A DNA stretch of 38,619 nt, taken from assembly GCA_028697935.1 (NCBI GenBank), contig JAQVEM010000002.1, forward strand, positions 1 through 38,619, written 5' to 3'. Below, piece by piece: positions 35,594 to 38,619 of this stretch. Source of the stretch: Actinomycetota bacterium. GTDB taxonomy: Bacteria > Actinomycetota > Humimicrobiia > Humimicrobiales > Humimicrobiaceae. Under the pieces are notes generated by a model. That model was not told where the DNA came from. It worked only from the letters and a program-made list of their open reading frames with translations, and did no database searches. Every line of letters begins with the position of its first letter. Positions within the stretch are counted from its first letter, which is position 1. The position numbers were made by a program, and so were the translations under genes.

Positions 35594-37324
35594 ATGATAA
35601 ATACTTCCAGGCTTGAATACCCGAGACCGGATTTCGTACGTGACAGTTGGCTTTCACTGAACGGAGAATGGGATTTTTCGTTTAATGATGATTGTTTTGA
35701 CAAAAAAATAAATGTACCATTTGCTTACCAGAGTAAGCTATCTGGGCTGGGCAACACCGAATTCCATCAAACTGTATGGTATCGAAAGACTTTTAATATC
35801 CCTTCGACCATGCATGGCGATCTCGTGCTATTGCACTTTGGAGCAGTAGATTATTCCTGCAAAGTATGGGTCAATGGTGTTTTTGTTACCGGGCATACAG
35901 GAGGTCATACCGGCTTTTATGCTGATATTACCAATGTGGCACGCTTTGATAAAAGCAATACCATTGTGGTAAAAGTAGAAGATGATCATTCAGACCTGGA
36001 AATGCCACGTGGCAAGCAGTTTTGGGAAGAAAAGCCACGGAGTATATTCTATGCCCCTACTACAGGTATTTGGCAGAGTGTTTGGCTAGAGGCTGTACCG
36101 CATACACATCTATATTCAGTGAGAATGACACCACTTTTCGATGAAAAAGCTATAAAATTTGATTACAGGCTTTGTGGTGCTAAAAATATTATGCTAGAAA
36201 CACAGATATCATTTGAAGATACACAAATAACCAGTGTATCTGTGCAATCACAAAGCCACAAGGGATCATTTACGGTAAGGTTAGATCAGCCTGAACTTTT
36301 GATATGGAACTTTTGTGAGGATCTTGCCTGGTCTCCGGAAAATCCCAGATTATTTAACGTTGTGTTCAACGTTTATAATGAGGGCCAAATGACAGATACC
36401 GTATCTTCATATTTTGGGATGCGTAAGGTCTCTGTGGAAAATAACACGTTTATGTTGAATAACCGTCCATACTATCAAAAGTTGATACTAGATCAGGGTT
36501 ATTGGCCTGAATCTTTGATGACAGCACCTTCTGACGAAGCATTTATAAAGGATATAGAGTTGGTCAAAGCTATGGGTTTTAATGGTGTTCGTAAACATCA
36601 GAAAGTAGAAGATCCCCGATTTCTCTATCATGCAGACCGTATGGGTCTACTAGTTTGGAGCGAGATTGGGTCAGCCTATCTTTATTCAGACCAATATGCA
36701 ACAAGAATGTATAGAGAGTGGGTAGAAGCTTTAAAGAGAGATTATAATCATCCTTGTATAGTAGTATGGGTTCCATTAAATGAGTCTTGGAGTGTACAGG
36801 AAATACAAAATAACGTTTCACAACAAGAACACAGCAAGGCACTATATCATATGACGAAATCTCTTGATAGCTCACGTGTTGTTATAGACAATGACGGCTG
36901 GGAACACACCTGTGGTGATATGCTCACCATACATGATTATGAATCATCCCCAATTGTGATCCGAGATCGCTATGCCAGTCTAGAAAACATACTAAAATTT
37001 CTACCAAATGGGAAGAAATTATATGTGGGTGGCAAGCAATATAATAATGAGCCCATCATAGTCAGCGAATTTGGAGGTATACGCTTTTCTCAAGAAGAAA
37101 CAAAAGAGAATTCCTGGGGTTACTCTGAAGATAAAACACTTGATGGATTCGTAGAACATCTCCGGGAGCTTGTAAATGCATTGCGCTGCTCTAGATATGT
37201 TCAAGGATATTGTTATACTCAACTTACTGATATAGGAACAGAGCAAAATGGTCTGTTAACTTATAGACATGAACCAAAGGTGTCTCCAAAAATTATTAAA
37301 GATATAAATGATGGTAAAAAATGA
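35594..37324 (+). CDS. Glycoside hydrolase family 2 (cytoplasmic; specificity not assignable)
   Basis: 576 aa. Sugar-binding domain VNGVFVTGHTGGHTGFYADIT, TIM barrel FNGVRKHQK, acid/base WVPLNESW, nucleophile IVSEFGG. Confidence 0.85.
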   Translation: MINTSRLEYPRPDFVRDSWLSLNGEWDFSFNDDCFDKKINVPFAYQSKLSGLGNTEFHQTVWYRKTFNIPSTMHGDLVLLHFGAVDYSCKVWVNGVFVTGHTGGHTGFYADITNVARFDKSNTIVVKVEDDHSDLEMPRGKQFWEEKPRSIFYAPTTGIWQSVWLEAVPHTHLYSVRMTPLFDEKAIKFDYRLCGAKNIMLETQISFEDTQITSVSVQSQSHKGSFTVRLDQPELLIWNFCEDLAWSPENPRLFNVVFNVYNEGQMTDTVSSYFGMRKVSVENNTFMLNNRPYYQKLILDQGYWPESLMTAPSDEAFIKDIELVKAMGFNGVRKHQKVEDPRFLYHADRMGLLVWSEIGSAYLYSDQYATRMYREWVEALKRDYNHPCIVVWVPLNESWSVQEIQNNVSQQEHSKALYHMTKSLDSSRVVIDNDGWEHTCGDMLTIHDYESSPIVIRDRYASLENILKFLPNGKKLYVGGKQYNNEPIIVSEFGGIRFSQEETKENSWGYSEDKTLDGFVEHLRELVNALRCSRYVQGYCYTQLTDIGTEQNGLLTYRHEPKVSPKIIKDINDGKK

Positions 37325-37353
37325 GTTGGTAAAATCTATAGAGACGAAGGAAT

Positions 37354-38058
37354 ATGAAAGGAAACGATAAGAAATCCAGTTACTATCCCTATATACAGGA
37401 AAAAACGTTTTTAGGTTGGTGGGACCGCCTTACAGACTACTGTTGGGAGCTCTTTAAGTATAACCTGTGGTACCTATTGTTCACCCTTCCCCCATTTATA
37501 TGTATGCTCATATTTCTTTTCTTTAATGCCTATTTATTTCTGTTAGTGGCATTTCTGTTATTTATACCTGTTGGACCGGCTATGCTGGTATTACATGAAG
37601 CAGCAGCTAAAATCGCCGCTGGTGAGCTTCGTACTGCTCTTCCTCATTTTTTTTACACTTACAAAAAGCATTATAGGTATGGATTTGCATTTTCGATAGT
37701 GTTAGGAATTATCTGTTTAGTCACACTGTATCCAGTTTATTTTTCATTTATTACAAACAGTGCTGTAAAAATTACAATAATGATTTGCGCAGGGATCACT
37801 ATGTTGCTATTATGCAGCTTACTACCTTACATCGCTCGTTTTCTGGTGGCTGGTGAATGCCGGGGGGTACTAAAAAAAGCTATAATACAAGCGTTACTTG
37901 GTGGGAAGGCTAGTTTCTTTTCAGGGTTGCTGCAGGTAATTTGGCTCTTTATTTGTCTGGTATATCCTTACGTAGCATTTTTTGCTGCTTTGCTTGGAAT
38001 GCCGGCAGTTATACGTATGACGATATTATATATTATGCCACAAACCAAGGAAGAATAA
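37354..38058 (+). CDS. YesL/DUF624-family integral membrane protein
   Basis: 234 aa with N-terminal WDRLTDYCWELFKYNLWYLLFTLP and multiple TM helices. Terminal position in a sugar ABC/GH operon is typical for this family. Confidence 0.7.
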   Translation: MKGNDKKSSYYPYIQEKTFLGWWDRLTDYCWELFKYNLWYLLFTLPPFICMLIFLFFNAYLFLLVAFLLFIPVGPAMLVLHEAAAKIAAGELRTALPHFFYTYKKHYRYGFAFSIVLGIICLVTLYPVYFSFITNSAVKITIMICAGITMLLLCSLLPYIARFLVAGECRGVLKKAIIQALLGGKASFFSGLLQVIWLFICLVYPYVAFFAALLGMPAVIRMTILYIMPQTKEE

Positions 38059-38418
38059 CAAAAGGTATGAATGGGTCTTAAATTCATATAGGGAATAGCA
38101 ATATATTGTGTTAGCCGGTCTATCCAGCACTAACTTTAAATTTATTTTTTAACAACCTTTCAGAAATCGACTTTAATTTATTTTATTTTTCAATTTCTAT
38201 TTAAGCATTATGGGTTTTTAAAAGTCATTTCATTTAACCAGTCTATAATTTAAATAATCAGGAATTATAGTGAGAAACATTTTTATAAACGCTTGTTTTT
38301 ATTGTAGTAATACATCTGTGATTCAAATTATTAGTGTTCTTTAGATTACAAAAGTTTAAATACAGGAATATGATAAAACGCACAATAAAAGAAAATAAGA
38401 TGAGGTAAAATAAAAAAC

Positions 38419-38471
38419 TTGACAATAAAAATATTCTTCGGTAATATAAGAAAGCACTTGCGCAAGCGCTT
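38419..38471 (+). promoter_or_regulatory. Promoter-operator module B: TTGACA, 17 nt, TAATAT, then AAAGCACTTGCGCAAGCGCTT
   Basis: -35 at 38419-38424, -10 at 38442-38447, operator at 38451-38471. Same architecture as module A, with a near-identical TATAAGAAAGCACTTRCGCAAGYGCTT core. Confidence 0.6.
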
Positions 38472-38619
38472 ATTAACAAATTTAGAGTTGATAATAAAGT
38501 AAATTTATTGAAATAAAAAATTATAAAATTTGTTATATTAATGTCATATATTAAAAAAATAAAAGAATAAGTTTTATATGAAAAATTTAGGACCCGGCAA
38601 TAATTTTAAAAAATTACAA

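Noticed and set aside
36003-36014. Additional CACGTG-centred palindromes as extra parS sites (TGCCACGTGGCA here, ATCACGTGAT at 32121-32130, CTCACGTGTT at 36871-36880)
   Set aside because: Their flanks do not match TGTTNCACGTGAAACA beyond the 6-bp core, and they lie inside GC-richer coding sequence.
38258-38479. 73-aa minus-strand ORF at the right end
   Set aside because: It overlaps promoter-operator module B, has a low-complexity F/L/I-rich translation and no SD.
38578-38619. Possible 5' end of the next gene (ATG 38578, MKNLGPGNNFKKLQ)
   Set aside because: Only 14 codons are visible and the SD is weak, so it is mentioned in a finding but not called as a feature.
1-38619. Scan for CRISPR arrays, tRNA/rRNA genes, IS elements, integrases and toxin-antitoxin pairs
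   Set aside because: No regularly spaced repeats, no cloverleaf-like GC-rich segments, no transposase or integrase motifs, and no small paired ORFs were seen by eye. Absence is stated only at the resolution of manual reading.

Overview
This window is the replication-origin neighbourhood of a low-GC bacterial chromosome with Firmicutes-type synteny and K/I/E-rich proteins, flanked on both sides by accessory genes. Left to right: (i) the first ~490 codons of a type I R-M methyltransferase (hsdM, minus strand), open at the window edge and so absent from the ORF track. (ii) A GC-richer GH3 beta-glucosidase lipoprotein gene, then corA. (iii) A long minus-strand array: orphan GHKL-ATPase/winged-helix gene, dnaA, a 291-bp AT-rich spacer with DnaA-box-like repeats, dnaN, a PanG-like reductase, panB, panC, panD and a lipoprotein. 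(iv) A ~730-bp AT-rich oriC-like spacer. (v) The divergent plus-strand array rpmH, rnpA, yidD, yidC, jag, a terminator, then mnmE, parS, a degenerate mnmG paralogue, parS, mnmG, rsmG, parA, parB, lipA and a VIT-like membrane protein. (vi) Convergent glnA. (vii) A LacI-family regulator followed by a ~10-kb compositionally distinct glycan-utilisation island. The island encodes a CUT1-type ABC binding lipoprotein, two permeases with no ATPase, a cytoplasmic GH43, a secreted BNR-propeller/ricin-B/AbfB(CBM42) protein, a GH2 and YesL/DUF624. It is bracketed by two copies of the same TTGACA promoter plus palindromic operator module. I recognised no rRNA, tRNA, CRISPR array, transposase or integrase. 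Four things stand out. The GHKL-wHTH gene separates dnaA from oriC and abuts dnaA translationally. A cysteine-less, C-terminally truncated MnmG paralogue is bracketed by two parS sites. Two conserved genes (corA, rnpA) have conserved N-termini reachable only from AUA/AUU-type start codons. The imported sugar island carries a BNR propeller decorated with arabinose-type lectin domains. All calls rest on reading the sequence and on motif recall; no database search or computation beyond hand counting was possible.
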